DNA from: Escherichia phage vB_EcoM_Schickermooser
Sequence record: NC_048196.1
Reading direction: 5' to 3' (one strand)
DNA length: 64,000 nucleotides
Position numbers and translations under genes: made by a program. How positions within the stretch are numbered: the first letter of the stretch is position 1; each line of letters begins with the position of its first letter. Of this stretch, positions 28,401 to 37,634 are shown piece after piece. The notes under the pieces were generated by a model, which saw only the letters and a list, made by a program, of their open reading frames with translations, had not been told where the DNA came from and did not search any database.

Positions 28401-31076
28401 ATGTTTCCAATTCCAATATTTACTATTATGACCAGCACTGGTGTCGTTCCTCTGCCAGCAGGTATTGTTAAAAAAGTAATCACTCTAGATTACCCAGATA
28501 ATGCTGGCAATTCTAATAGCAGTTTAGCAATTTTGCTTAATGATGGTAGATTGTTTACTCAAGGCGCAAACCTTTTTGGTGAGATTGCAGATGGAACTCG
28601 TAGTGCACGATTCAATAATTTCCACTTAGCTTCTACTGTAGTAGCGGATGTGTTTACCGCAGATCGTTGTTTTGTTATTAAAACTAACAGTGGGGGATGG
28701 CAATATTCAGGATTGACAGCAGGGTTGGTAGGATCTATAGCAGCAGGTGGTACGGATGCATGTGTAACCACTTGGACCAGCTTTCCATCTGTAATAACAG
28801 GGACTATCTCTTTAGCCAATCTTAAAGAGGTTAAGGGAGGATATAACAATACTCTCTGGTTAATGAATAGTGGTGTTCTTTATGGATCGGGTCAAAACAC
28901 AGTAGGCAGTTTAGGTGCAAGCACTACTAACGAAGTTTCTACTCCTCGTCAGATAACAAGCGCAGCAGTTGCTTTTGATGCAGGTTACAACCAATGTTCT
29001 TATGTCAACAATGTGGGAACCTTGCGTGTTTGTGGAGCCAGTAAAGGTTTAGCAGGTAATAATAACACAACAACAGCTTTTGTCAATGCCAAGATATCCG
29101 CTACTGAAACAGTGTATGTCAAAGATTACATCAATACAGTTTCCCAGACAATAGTTGTAGGAGATACCTCCGGTGGCACGGGTACAGTAAACTACTTATA
29201 TGTTAGATCTAATACAGAAACAACCTACACTAAACTGGATACCTTTGCAGCAGGTTTCTCAACATGGAAGTTTCCACCAAGCCGCCACTCTTTTTTCGTT
29301 GGGATTAATAATTCCTTGTGGGCTATTGGTAAGAACTACACTGCAAACTTAGGTTTGGGGTATGATTCTGCGAGCGGAGATCCACTCCAAGTGGGAAAAC
29401 CAGTTAAACCTGAAGGAGTGGGTTCTTGGGATATAAACAAGCTCACAAGCGTTCATACGCTGAATATGGATGTTACTAACCAATTAGGTTATCAAGGAAC
29501 CTTTTTCGTTTATAATGGAGATATGTATTATTCCGGTATTTGGAAAGATGGGAAAGCCTCGTATCTGTTCAATAGTGGTCTAAACTATAATAAATTCACA
29601 CCAATAGCAAGCTCCGTGATTACGGGCGATATTCTGGCAACTGGCTTAACTACAGATTCTTTAGGAATTTGTATTGTAGGTGGAACTAAACAGTTGACAC
29701 ATTCTGTTAGCCCAGAAGGAGGTAAACTTTTCAATATTAAATACACTTCTTCTGCCCCTGCAAACATGACAATATCATCTACTGGTTTAATGACTTTCCA
29801 TGCAGAAGGTGGTTTTGATGCAGGTATGACAGCCTTAAACGCTGAAGGAACAACTTTATCAGATACCTCTGGAGGATATGCTTCAACATTGAGCGTTTAC
29901 ACCCCTAGCTTATCTGCGATGGATGTAGGAACAACACAAACAATGGTAGCAGAAATAACGCCAACAGGAGCAGCAAGCTTACCTGGTATGGTTGTTGAGT
30001 ATTTCTCTAATGACCCTACGGTAGCAACAGTTGACCCCGTTACAGGCGTTATTACAGCGGTTGCTGATGGGGATTGTCGTATCGGTTGTAGAGCAACTTA
30101 TCAAGGTGTGGTAACTGCCGAAGATAGTTCTTATCTCGCAGTGAATGCTGTGGTGATTGTGATGGACTATGATTTGACGCAAGAAACTATTCCAACGGAT
30201 GTAAAGGTCAATAGGAGTAACCGTTATGCCAGGGCTTCTGGAGATATCCTTGTACCTACAGAGAGTTCTGCTCCCGTAGCACCTTTAGAATATGTTGGTA
30301 CAACTCCACAAGGTAGACGTGTTGTAGCAGCCAACCGTACACATATCTTTATCAACAATAACTTGACAACAGCTTCCCCGTGGTTGAAGACGAACTTGAC
30401 AGTCACAGCATCAACAATCAACTCTCCGGTTGGAACTACGGCTAACACTTACAAGTTAACACCTTCTACAACTTCAGGACAACATATTTTATCAGCAGTG
30501 AATACAGCCTCTGATATTACAGCAGGTAAGCACTGGGCGGCATCCGTATTCTTGAAGACAGACGGGATCACTAAAGTTAAACTCAAATTGACTTCAGGAG
30601 ATGAGATTAACGAAGGGACTTATGATCTTGTAGCTGGAACATTTACAGGTGCAGATGCAAACATAATCGATATGGGGAATGGTTGGTATCGTGTAATTCT
30701 ACACAAAGTGACAGTTGCCAAACAAGCATCTATAACCTATGAGATTATAGCTTTGAATGCAAGTGGATCAGACACTTTCGCAGGAGATGGTACGGCAGGT
30801 CTTATTGCTTGGGTTCCACAGCTTGAGATGGGTGATATGACAAATCCAGTTTGGGCGGGGACACCATTTGTTTGTTCTTATGCACGAGACACTACCAGTG
30901 CTGTTACCTTCACTATTCCTAAGAATGGACATACTGGCGTGGACATTTACCACACCGATGGTACTGTGCAACGAGAGGTCTTCACTGGTACAGCTACAAC
31001 TTGGATGTTGACGTTCACCGCCGCAAGTGCGGATTGGGGATCGAAGTTCATTACAGGTTTGAAATATTACGACTAA
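28401..31076 (+). CDS. tail fiber / receptor-binding protein with bacterial Ig-like (Big_2-type) domain
   Basis: 891 aa; segment TPTGAASLPGMVVEYFSNDPTVATVDPVTGVITAVADGDCRIGCRATYQGV matches Big_2 pattern. Confidence 0.6.
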   Translation: MFPIPIFTIMTSTGVVPLPAGIVKKVITLDYPDNAGNSNSSLAILLNDGRLFTQGANLFGEIADGTRSARFNNFHLASTVVADVFTADRCFVIKTNSGGWQYSGLTAGLVGSIAAGGTDACVTTWTSFPSVITGTISLANLKEVKGGYNNTLWLMNSGVLYGSGQNTVGSLGASTTNEVSTPRQITSAAVAFDAGYNQCSYVNNVGTLRVCGASKGLAGNNNTTTAFVNAKISATETVYVKDYINTVSQTIVVGDTSGGTGTVNYLYVRSNTETTYTKLDTFAAGFSTWKFPPSRHSFFVGINNSLWAIGKNYTANLGLGYDSASGDPLQVGKPVKPEGVGSWDINKLTSVHTLNMDVTNQLGYQGTFFVYNGDMYYSGIWKDGKASYLFNSGLNYNKFTPIASSVITGDILATGLTTDSLGICIVGGTKQLTHSVSPEGGKLFNIKYTSSAPANMTISSTGLMTFHAEGGFDAGMTALNAEGTTLSDTSGGYASTLSVYTPSLSAMDVGTTQTMVAEITPTGAASLPGMVVEYFSNDPTVATVDPVTGVITAVADGDCRIGCRATYQGVVTAEDSSYLAVNAVVIVMDYDLTQETIPTDVKVNRSNRYARASGDILVPTESSAPVAPLEYVGTTPQGRRVVAANRTHIFINNNLTTASPWLKTNLTVTASTINSPVGTTANTYKLTPSTTSGQHILSAVNTASDITAGKHWAASVFLKTDGITKVKLKLTSGDEINEGTYDLVAGTFTGADANIIDMGNGWYRVILHKVTVAKQASITYEIIALNASGSDTFAGDGTAGLIAWVPQLEMGDMTNPVWAGTPFVCSYARDTTSAVTFTIPKNGHTGVDIYHTDGTVQREVFTGTATTWMLTFTAASADWGSKFITGLKYYD

Positions 31077-31112
31077 TAAAAAAGGGAACCCGCAAAGGTT
31101 CCCTTTTCTTTT
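31077..31112. terminator. bidirectional rho-independent terminator at convergence of late (+) and early (-) modules
   Basis: GGGAACC-cgcaaa-GGTTCCC hairpin flanked by AAAA upstream and TTTTCTTTT downstream. Confidence 0.7.
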
Positions 31113-31139
31113 ATAAAAACTCTTTATAAATCAATAAGA

Positions 31140-32027
31140 TCAGAATGGAATATCATCGTCGAAGTCCATTGGAGGTTCTTCTTGATTACTTGGAGTTGGT
31201 TCTGGTTGTGGTTCAGGTTTCTTAACTTCTTTCTTCTCTTCTTTCTTAGGCTGTTCTGCGGAACCACGAATGGCAGCAGCAACTTTATCAGACAGAGCCA
31301 GAACTTTACGAGCAGAATCAATCAGATCTTCTACAGAGACAGTCTTGATGGTATGGTCTTTACAAGCATTGAGAATAGCGTGACCAACAGATGCCCCAAG
31401 ATCATAATCATTAATATCAACGCCACGAGATTCAGCAATTTCAGATTTCAGCGTGACAGTTGCAGATTGAACAACCCCAGCGATATCGAAAGCATCGCCT
31501 TTAACACCATTACGAATCAGTTCCAGTGCACCATTTACTGCGTGACCAGTTTCCAGACCTACAGTATCACGTTTTTTATAGGACTGCTTAGGAGCAGCAT
31601 CGTTGGAACCTTTATTGCCAGAAGATTTGTTAGACTTCTGAACACCATCGGTAGACAATACTGTAATACGAGATTTTTTAGTATTGTAGTAAGTTTTACC
31701 GCCTTTATTATCAACGCGATCAATATCAATACTTACTTCTACACCTTTTTCAATAGTGATCCAATTATCACCTTCTTTGACTTGCAGGTTTTCATAACCT
31801 TCTTTCAGTTCAATGTCACCAAGAGAAATCCAAACACCTTTCTCATCTGGTTTAGCACCTTTCTCTTTCAGAACAAGAGAAGCTCGGTGAGTTGAAACAA
31901 TCGTTTTTCCTTCCCAATGGAAGGTTTTAGGTTCAGCGAATTTATCCAGTTTAACGTAGTCTACGATACCAGTTGCATAAGTTACGGTTTTGCCTTTACG
32001 ATCAGTTTCAGTATTAATTACGGACAT
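31140..32027 (-). CDS. ssb: single-stranded DNA-binding protein
   Basis: C-terminal acidic tail DFDDDIPF (bacterial/phage SSB C-terminal motif) preceded by Pro/Glu/Lys-rich linker. Confidence 0.7.
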   Translation of the reverse strand: MSVINTETDRKGKTVTYATGIVDYVKLDKFAEPKTFHWEGKTIVSTHRASLVLKEKGAKPDEKGVWISLGDIELKEGYENLQVKEGDNWITIEKGVEVSIDIDRVDNKGGKTYYNTKKSRITVLSTDGVQKSNKSSGNKGSNDAAPKQSYKKRDTVGLETGHAVNGALELIRNGVKGDAFDIAGVVQSATVTLKSEIAESRGVDINDYDLGASVGHAILNACKDHTIKTVSVEDLIDSARKVLALSDKVAAAIRGSAEQPKKEEKKEVKKPEPQPEPTPSNQEEPPMDFDDDIPF

Positions 32028-32043
32028 TATTATCTCCTCTACA

Positions 32044-32436
32044 TTACATTAATTTTGCACAGAAAGAGCGGAGTCTTTCCATATCATCTTGCTCTAACAG
32101 GTATTTACCTTTACCTATTCCAACCCCAATTTCACCATTAGGAAAATGAACTATTTGCACTGGGAAACCTCCGAGTTTAATTGTGGCAGCTTTGCCTTCT
32201 TCGTCTATAACGTTTCGGATTGTATCTTGCAGTGAAATGAATTCTTTGTTTGTAACAGTGGTTTCAATTATTTCAGATGTTTCAACACGAGCAGTTAGCT
32301 TCTTGTTTCCACCTTGAATAACCAAAATTTGAAAATAAAAAGAGTTGTCAAGACCTACAACATTTTTCTCAACTAGTGTCAAACTGGTATAGTTTCCATA
32401 AACAGTTTCAACAGCTATCTTAGAACGTTCAGTCAT
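32044..32436 (-). CDS. hypothetical protein
   Basis: 130 aa ORF. Confidence 0.4.
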   Translation of the reverse strand: MTERSKIAVETVYGNYTSLTLVEKNVVGLDNSFYFQILVIQGGNKKLTARVETSEIIETTVTNKEFISLQDTIRNVIDEEGKAATIKLGGFPVQIVHFPNGEIGVGIGKGKYLLEQDDMERLRSFCAKLM

Positions 32437-32481
32437 TGAATGCTATCCTATCATAAAATGTTTAATATTGTCAAGCTTTAA

Positions 32482-33078
32482 TTACCAAGGAATATCATCT
32501 TCTTCTTCCGATTTGGTATCTACTTGAGGTGGACGTGGAACCTTAACCTCTTTAACAAAGCGAAGATATGGGAAACGCGTAGCGATTTTAATAACATGTT
32601 TGGCATCTTCTCTAACATCTTTGTGCAAGAAGCAGATCCCTGTTTCCAAAGTTGTTTCAAAATCTTTAGAGTAATAACAATCCTTTCCATCAAATGCAGC
32701 CTGGCAGATGGACAGATCAAACTCATTCAGAAAGGTTGTCATTACATTTGGGTCCATAATCATAAGGTTGCAAAGCTGACCATCACGTTCAAATTCAAAA
32801 ACGTGTTTAAGACCAGTAACACCCTCGTAGTTATCAGAAGCATCTTTGTTTCCTAGTTTACGAATATTAGTTCCCATCAAAGCAGATGCAATCAAGTCTT
32901 GTATTTGCTCTTCTGATCGATGTGCAGGAAGAGACGTGTAAAAATCCAGATCACGTCCAGCAATATCAAGAATACGCCAATCACGAACAGCACCGCCAGC
33001 CAAGACAGAATTAGGATCAGCGATCTTTAATACGGTAAGAATTTCTTTGGCAATATTGATTTGTTTTGATTTAGTCAT
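32482..33078 (-). CDS. minimal nucleotidyltransferase (Pol-beta/CCA-head-like) with SSB-like acidic C-terminal tail
   Basis: LAGGAVRDWRILDIAGRDLDF matches GGxVRD...DxD NTase head motif; C-terminus EEEDDIPW resembles SSB tail. Confidence 0.5.
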   Translation of the reverse strand: MTKSKQINIAKEILTVLKIADPNSVLAGGAVRDWRILDIAGRDLDFYTSLPAHRSEEQIQDLIASALMGTNIRKLGNKDASDNYEGVTGLKHVFEFERDGQLCNLMIMDPNVMTTFLNEFDLSICQAAFDGKDCYYSKDFETTLETGICFLHKDVREDAKHVIKIATRFPYLRFVKEVKVPRPPQVDTKSEEEDDIPW

Positions 33079-33289
33079 TGATACGCTCCACAGTTACTTT
33101 AACAATATCGTCCATATTAATCTCATCTCCCAAGACTTCAATAACACCTTCCTCATAAAGTCGAGCACATTCTTCCCATACTTCTGCTTCCGTCATTCCA
33201 CCTTCAATCTTATTTGCAAGACCTTTAATAACATCTTCATTTTGTTCATCAATAAGAATTGAAACATTAAAGCTCACTAGTTTACGCAT
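33071..33289 (-). CDS. hypothetical acidic protein
   Basis: 72 aa, acidic. Confidence 0.4.
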   Translation of the reverse strand: MRKLVSFNVSILIDEQNEDVIKGLANKIEGGMTEAEVWEECARLYEEGVIEVLGDEINMDDIVKVTVERIND

Positions 33290-33299
33290 TGTTTTCTCC

Positions 33300-33467
33300 T
33301 TATACCTCTAAACGGAAAGTTTCTTTAGATACAAAATCGTATCCACCTTTTTCAAGCCAGCCATTGTAAACCTCATCGGCTTGAGACTCTATCATAAAAT
33401 ACCGAGTGGTAACTTCGTCTCCGACAATACGCACAATTTTATAGCAAATCATGATACCATTTCCCAT
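33300..33467 (-). CDS. hypothetical small protein (55 aa, not in ORF track)
   Basis: ATG at 33467 preceded by GGAGGA RBS; fills the gap in a tightly packed operon. Confidence 0.4.
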   Translation of the reverse strand: MGNGIMICYKIVRIVGDEVTTRYFMIESQADEVYNGWLEKGGYDFVSKETFRLEV

Positions 33468-33658
33468 TAATCTTCCTCCAGATCAATTTCATTATAACAA
33501 TGTATGCAGAAACCATCATTGTGCATATGTTGTTCATAAGACATATCTTTACCACAAGACCAACAACGGATATCCCCATCGTCCCATTCACGTTCTTCTT
33601 CACCTTCAAATTCATCTGGTAGGTAAGGCATACCAAGACAATCTAAATCGTAATGCAT
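33467..33658 (-). CDS. small zinc-ribbon protein
   Basis: CWSC...CIHC pairs. Confidence 0.45.
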   Translation of the reverse strand: MHYDLDCLGMPYLPDEFEGEEEREWDDGDIRCWSCGKDMSYEQHMHNDGFCIHCYNEIDLEED

Positions 33659-33670
33659 ATCTCCTCCTAT

Positions 33671-33690
33671 AAAGGGGCAGAAGCCCCTTA
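33671..33690 (-). terminator. hairpin after DNA polymerase gene (weak terminator)
   Basis: GGGGC-AGAA-GCCCC stem-loop with short T/A flanks. Confidence 0.4.
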
Positions 33691-33706
33691 TAAAACAATG
33701 AGTTAA

Positions 33707-36304
33707 CTAGTGACAGGACGCCCAGGAGTTACCCACATCATATCCGGCAGTAAGCTGAACGTTAAGATTGTAAAATTCTCCAGCCTTAGTAACAGCTAAA
33801 GCAGCAAGTTCACCTGCCCGACTATAGGCTGTAAACCATCCACCTTTGGGAGATTCATGAATGTTAGCCCAAATTTGCCCTGTCTCTTTTTCCTTATTAT
33901 GCTTCCATTCTTCGACTTTAGCAAGGCATTCTTTATCAATTTTCTTTTGTTCTTCAGGATCGTCTACTTTTTTCCAACCTAATGATTCGGGTGAAAACCA
34001 TTTAAATTCTACAAGGTTACGAGAAACTTCAAGCTGGGCTTCATCGTGATATGCAATCATTTGTTGTACGAAGTCTTTATTCTTCCAGTCATCTTTAAAG
34101 AAGTCAACACTTAGTCCTTCTTCTTCGATCATATCATCATAAATAACCATTGCACGTTTAGCACAGATAACCCCACCGCTTTGGAACAGAGAGTTAAGAA
34201 TCGCATGAGCAGAACGAGTAGGAACCTTACGACCGTCAATACCCAAAACATATTGTTTACCAGTCTTAACCCAGAAATCGTTTAAACGTTCTTTAAGACG
34301 CGCCAATGGGAATGCAGCTTCCCAGAAAGCATCGAACACCAATTGACCTGTAAACTTATCGCTACCAATTGTTTTAGCAACCTTGTCGGCTTGTGCACCA
34401 TAGGTAATACCATACTTAACAGATTTAGCAGGACTACGTTCAAATTTACGTCCAATAGTTTCAGTGATACGTTTTGCCATCATTGTGTGAACATCATTAG
34501 GTTTCTCTAACAACAGAGCGTTACAATATTCGTGTGGCTCCGGCTCGTATCGCCAACAGTAGTGTGATTCAATTTTTGCTTCCAAAGAGTCGAAGTCGTA
34601 GCCAATCTGGAAGTATTTAGGAACCTCTACACCAAACAAGTTACGCATCTCCCATCCAAACAAAGATGTGACACGAGGAATATTAGCTACAGACCTATGC
34701 TTCATACGAGAGGTTGCAGCATCACATGTAGCGGCTGGTGTAGGAATACGCCCATCCGCCCTTACTGCGGCTAAGAAACCTTTATCATATTCTTGGTCTT
34801 CTTCATCTTCTTCCCAATCAGCACCACCACCTAAAATAGAGTTCCTACGATGCTTATACGTTAAGTATTCTACAATCTGTGTAGCATAAGGGAATTTCTC
34901 ACCCAAAGCTTGCAGGTTAGGACAGATTTCTTTTTCCTGACCTTTGGTAAAACATGGGTTAGTCAATACTTTAAGACCGCGACCTTTACCTTTTGCTATA
35001 CGCTCTTGAATCTTCCTTTCCAAGGTTTCCGGTGTGCACTCCAGATGATCACAACGGTCCTGACAAAAATTAGAAGATAAAGTTTGCTCAACGTAAGCTC
35101 GAATACCTTTCTGAAGTTCTTCCTCGCTCTTTTTAATCTTGGTGCCAGATTTAAGAGTCAAATCTTTATCTTTATATTCCGATGGTACCCAACCTAATCC
35201 TACAAGCCAGTTTTTAATATGGGTTGTATCGTTTAATGTTGCAGGGATGTGAGGATCACATAAAGGCTCATCTGCTGCAACTGGCAGTTTCCACTCTTTC
35301 CCCAACATAACTAACCACCAATCTCCATCCCTCTCTTCCAAATGACCATCATGTTTCTTAGCAAAATTGATCATATGGTTAGTTGGTTCTAAGTTCTTTT
35401 TAATTTGCAACTTAGGTGGAATAAAAGCTTTAAGATAACCTTTTGTTGCTGGTTTAGGTGGCAAAATAGGCTCAACGAGTAAACGAAGACGCTCCATTTC
35501 TGCATCCAAAAAAGCAAGGTTCTCTTCTGCTTGCTTCATGTTAAAAGCAAACCCACGGTGTTCCTGGCGCGTGATAATGTCTGCTACACGTTGTTCAAGT
35601 TCAAATGGACCTTCCCATTTATCATAATCACCCCATTCTTCCATGAGGTAATTATATACACTTGTGTTGGCTTTGTTATCATAGATACAGTAATAAAGCA
35701 TATCCGCAGCAAAAGTCTTAAATCGATCTTCTTCTGGAATCTCTTTACGGAAATCTATTTTTACATCACCGCCTGCTTTTCGAGAAAGTGCTGCCAAGCT
35801 ATGTCCTGATTTGCCCTCAATCTTTCGATCTGGGTTTAACACTTTACTCAAAATCAAAGAGTCAATAAGTTTTACCTTATTTTTGCCCCACGTGTTATAT
35901 TTAACACTGTAATCTAATCCATAAAACAGTTTTGTAGCCAACCAGTCATAGTTGATACCGTTGTGTGCCACAGCCATTTCAACCAAATATTCAGGCTTGT
36001 CTTTAAAATAACCTTCATGATTAATAAAGTCTGGGAAATCTTTTAGTTGAAAATGTGTGTAATCTTGCGCCACATATTCTTTAAGAACATACGTGTATTT
36101 ACCATCTGATTCTTCATAAGGACGCCCGTCAAAAATATACTTAGGGCCATCGTGGAAAGCTACTATCTCTCCTGTTTCATGGTTCTCTAAGACAATACAG
36201 TGCATTTGAAATGTGTCTTTGAGACGATAAGGACTAGCTAAATAATCGATAGTGTCATTATTCAACAATCCGTTTGCTTCAATATCCCATGTAAACTTAC
36301 TCAC
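33707..36304 (-). CDS. DNA polymerase, family A (T7 gp5-like) with 3'-5' exonuclease domain
   Basis: Exo I motif WDIEANGL; motif B RSPAKSVKYGITYG; motif C HDEAQLEV. Confidence 0.85.
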   Translation of the reverse strand: MSKFTWDIEANGLLNNDTIDYLASPYRLKDTFQMHCIVLENHETGEIVAFHDGPKYIFDGRPYEESDGKYTYVLKEYVAQDYTHFQLKDFPDFINHEGYFKDKPEYLVEMAVAHNGINYDWLATKLFYGLDYSVKYNTWGKNKVKLIDSLILSKVLNPDRKIEGKSGHSLAALSRKAGGDVKIDFRKEIPEEDRFKTFAADMLYYCIYDNKANTSVYNYLMEEWGDYDKWEGPFELEQRVADIITRQEHRGFAFNMKQAEENLAFLDAEMERLRLLVEPILPPKPATKGYLKAFIPPKLQIKKNLEPTNHMINFAKKHDGHLEERDGDWWLVMLGKEWKLPVAADEPLCDPHIPATLNDTTHIKNWLVGLGWVPSEYKDKDLTLKSGTKIKKSEEELQKGIRAYVEQTLSSNFCQDRCDHLECTPETLERKIQERIAKGKGRGLKVLTNPCFTKGQEKEICPNLQALGEKFPYATQIVEYLTYKHRRNSILGGGADWEEDEEDQEYDKGFLAAVRADGRIPTPAATCDAATSRMKHRSVANIPRVTSLFGWEMRNLFGVEVPKYFQIGYDFDSLEAKIESHYCWRYEPEPHEYCNALLLEKPNDVHTMMAKRITETIGRKFERSPAKSVKYGITYGAQADKVAKTIGSDKFTGQLVFDAFWEAAFPLARLKERLNDFWVKTGKQYVLGIDGRKVPTRSAHAILNSLFQSGGVICAKRAMVIYDDMIEEEGLSVDFFKDDWKNKDFVQQMIAYHDEAQLEVSRNLVEFKWFSPESLGWKKVDDPEEQKKIDKECLAKVEEWKHNKEKETGQIWANIHESPKGGWFTAYSRAGELAALAVTKAGEFYNLNVQLTAGYDVGNSWASCH

Positions 36305-37098
36305 TATTCCTCCTTTCTAATGTTCTCCAGAACCCACTGAAGTTCTTTTAAACTTAAACTTCTTACTCCCGCAGTTTTACTAGCTTCGGCTTTAAGTAAC
36401 GGGTAAGCCTCAATGATACGCGTTTTAAGATCAGAAGTCAAGGCTTTTAAAAAATAGGTAGATGCTTCAGATAAAGAATCTTCTTCTGATAACACTTTAC
36501 CTGCACTTGCTCCCGCTCTCCTAACGGCTATGTCGTAGTCTTTACTGTTGCCTAATACGAATAGTCGATTTTCTCCTAAAACAACGGGAGAACGCTTCTC
36601 GTTGCGTTTAATCCATACCTGGAATACACAAGGAACATCCCAAGGTTCTCCATGAAGAATAAAAGATCCTTTTGGACATTCTTCTTCGTAAAGAAGATGC
36701 ATGTGGGGATTTAGTTTGTGTGCAAAAAAGATTTTTTGAAATGTGCGAGGCAAGATAAAACAAATACCACCTTCGTTATCCAACATTTCAGCACAATGGT
36801 TAAAGAACTTAATGGCAAGACTAGCATTTTTTCCAAACGGAGGATTACCGACAAAAGCAGTTACACTACCAACAGACTCAACAGATTGAGCTAAAAAATC
36901 TGCCTCAATACAATCTTCAAACTTAGGGTCAATATCAAAAGAAGTTATGTTTTTAAAACAAGAAGAGAAAGCTCCTTCTCCCGCAGATGGTTCTACGTAG
37001 TTAGCTTCCTCTCCAAAAATTTCTTTGATCTTATCACATAAGAACCCCGCATAAGCGGGGTTAGTGTAATATTGATCAAGTGTGTTCAACTTGCTCAA
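36304..37098 (-). CDS. DNA methyltransferase (N6-adenine type, NPPF)
   Basis: Motif I EPSAGEGAF followed by motif IV GNPPFGK. Confidence 0.7.
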   Translation of the reverse strand: MSKLNTLDQYYTNPAYAGFLCDKIKEIFGEEANYVEPSAGEGAFSSCFKNITSFDIDPKFEDCIEADFLAQSVESVGSVTAFVGNPPFGKNASLAIKFFNHCAEMLDNEGGICFILPRTFQKIFFAHKLNPHMHLLYEEECPKGSFILHGEPWDVPCVFQVWIKRNEKRSPVVLGENRLFVLGNSKDYDIAVRRAGASAGKVLSEEDSLSEASTYFLKALTSDLKTRIIEAYPLLKAEASKTAGVRSLSLKELQWVLENIRKEE

Positions 37099-37107
37099 TA
37101 GTCCTCC

Positions 37108-37539
37108 TTAGTTGTTAGCGAACTCAATAGTGAGGTCAACTTTACCATCGTCAGAAATAACCATGTTTTTGGTATTTTTAAAGATGATATCTACTTTACC
37201 TTCACTTACACGACAGAATGCAACACCATCTGCAACTTTATCGATATAATATTTGTAAGAAAGAATACCCACTTTACTACGACCAGCACCTTTTGTGAAA
37301 GAAGGGCTTACATCGAAACGGAAACCTTTAGAAGAAACAACACGGTAAGAACGTCCAGTTGGAAGATGTTCAATAACAGAGACATTGTTCTCAACAACTT
37401 TTACAGCAAACTCTTCAGGATGATCCTCAACAATCATATGTGGGATGGCAAATGCCAACGCTTGTTTGTGTTTAATAACACCAGCACCCAGAGCACCAGC
37501 AGCTTTAACTTTTGCATTCAGATCGATTGTCATACGCAT
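37108..37539 (-). CDS. hypothetical protein
   Basis: 143 aa, first gene after promoter. Confidence 0.4.
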   Translation of the reverse strand: MRMTIDLNAKVKAAGALGAGVIKHKQALAFAIPHMIVEDHPEEFAVKVVENNVSVIEHLPTGRSYRVVSSKGFRFDVSPSFTKGAGRSKVGILSYKYYIDKVADGVAFCRVSEGKVDIIFKNTKNMVISDDGKVDLTIEFANN

Positions 37540-37572
37540 TTTTACTTCTCCTCTTGTTTGGTTGATGAGACA

Positions 37573-37601
37573 AGTATAAGTCCCTTCCGTAAAGTTGTCA
37601 A
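37573..37601 (-). promoter_or_regulatory. sigma70-type promoter (TTGACA-N17-TATACT)
   Basis: On minus strand: -35 TTGACA (37601..37596), 17-nt spacer, -10 TATACT (37578..37573). Confidence 0.6.
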
Positions 37602-37615
37602 CAGGTATTTTTAAT

Positions 37616-37634
37616 AAAAGGGCCGAAGCCCTTA
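37616..37634 (-). terminator. terminator after primase-helicase gene
   Basis: AAGGGC-CGAA-GCCCTT hairpin overlapping stop codon, followed on minus strand by TTATTAAAAA. Confidence 0.5.

Noticed and set aside
31182-31895. 237-aa plus-strand ORF antisense to SSB gene
   Set aside because: F/L/N-rich low-complexity product; the SSB reading frame has a clear C-terminal signature.
32445-32474. TTGACA-N18-TAGGAT promoter-like match upstream of 32044..32436
   Set aside because: The -10 element would sit about 9 nt from the ATG, leaving no leader or RBS; likely chance match or the gene is read from an upstream transcript.
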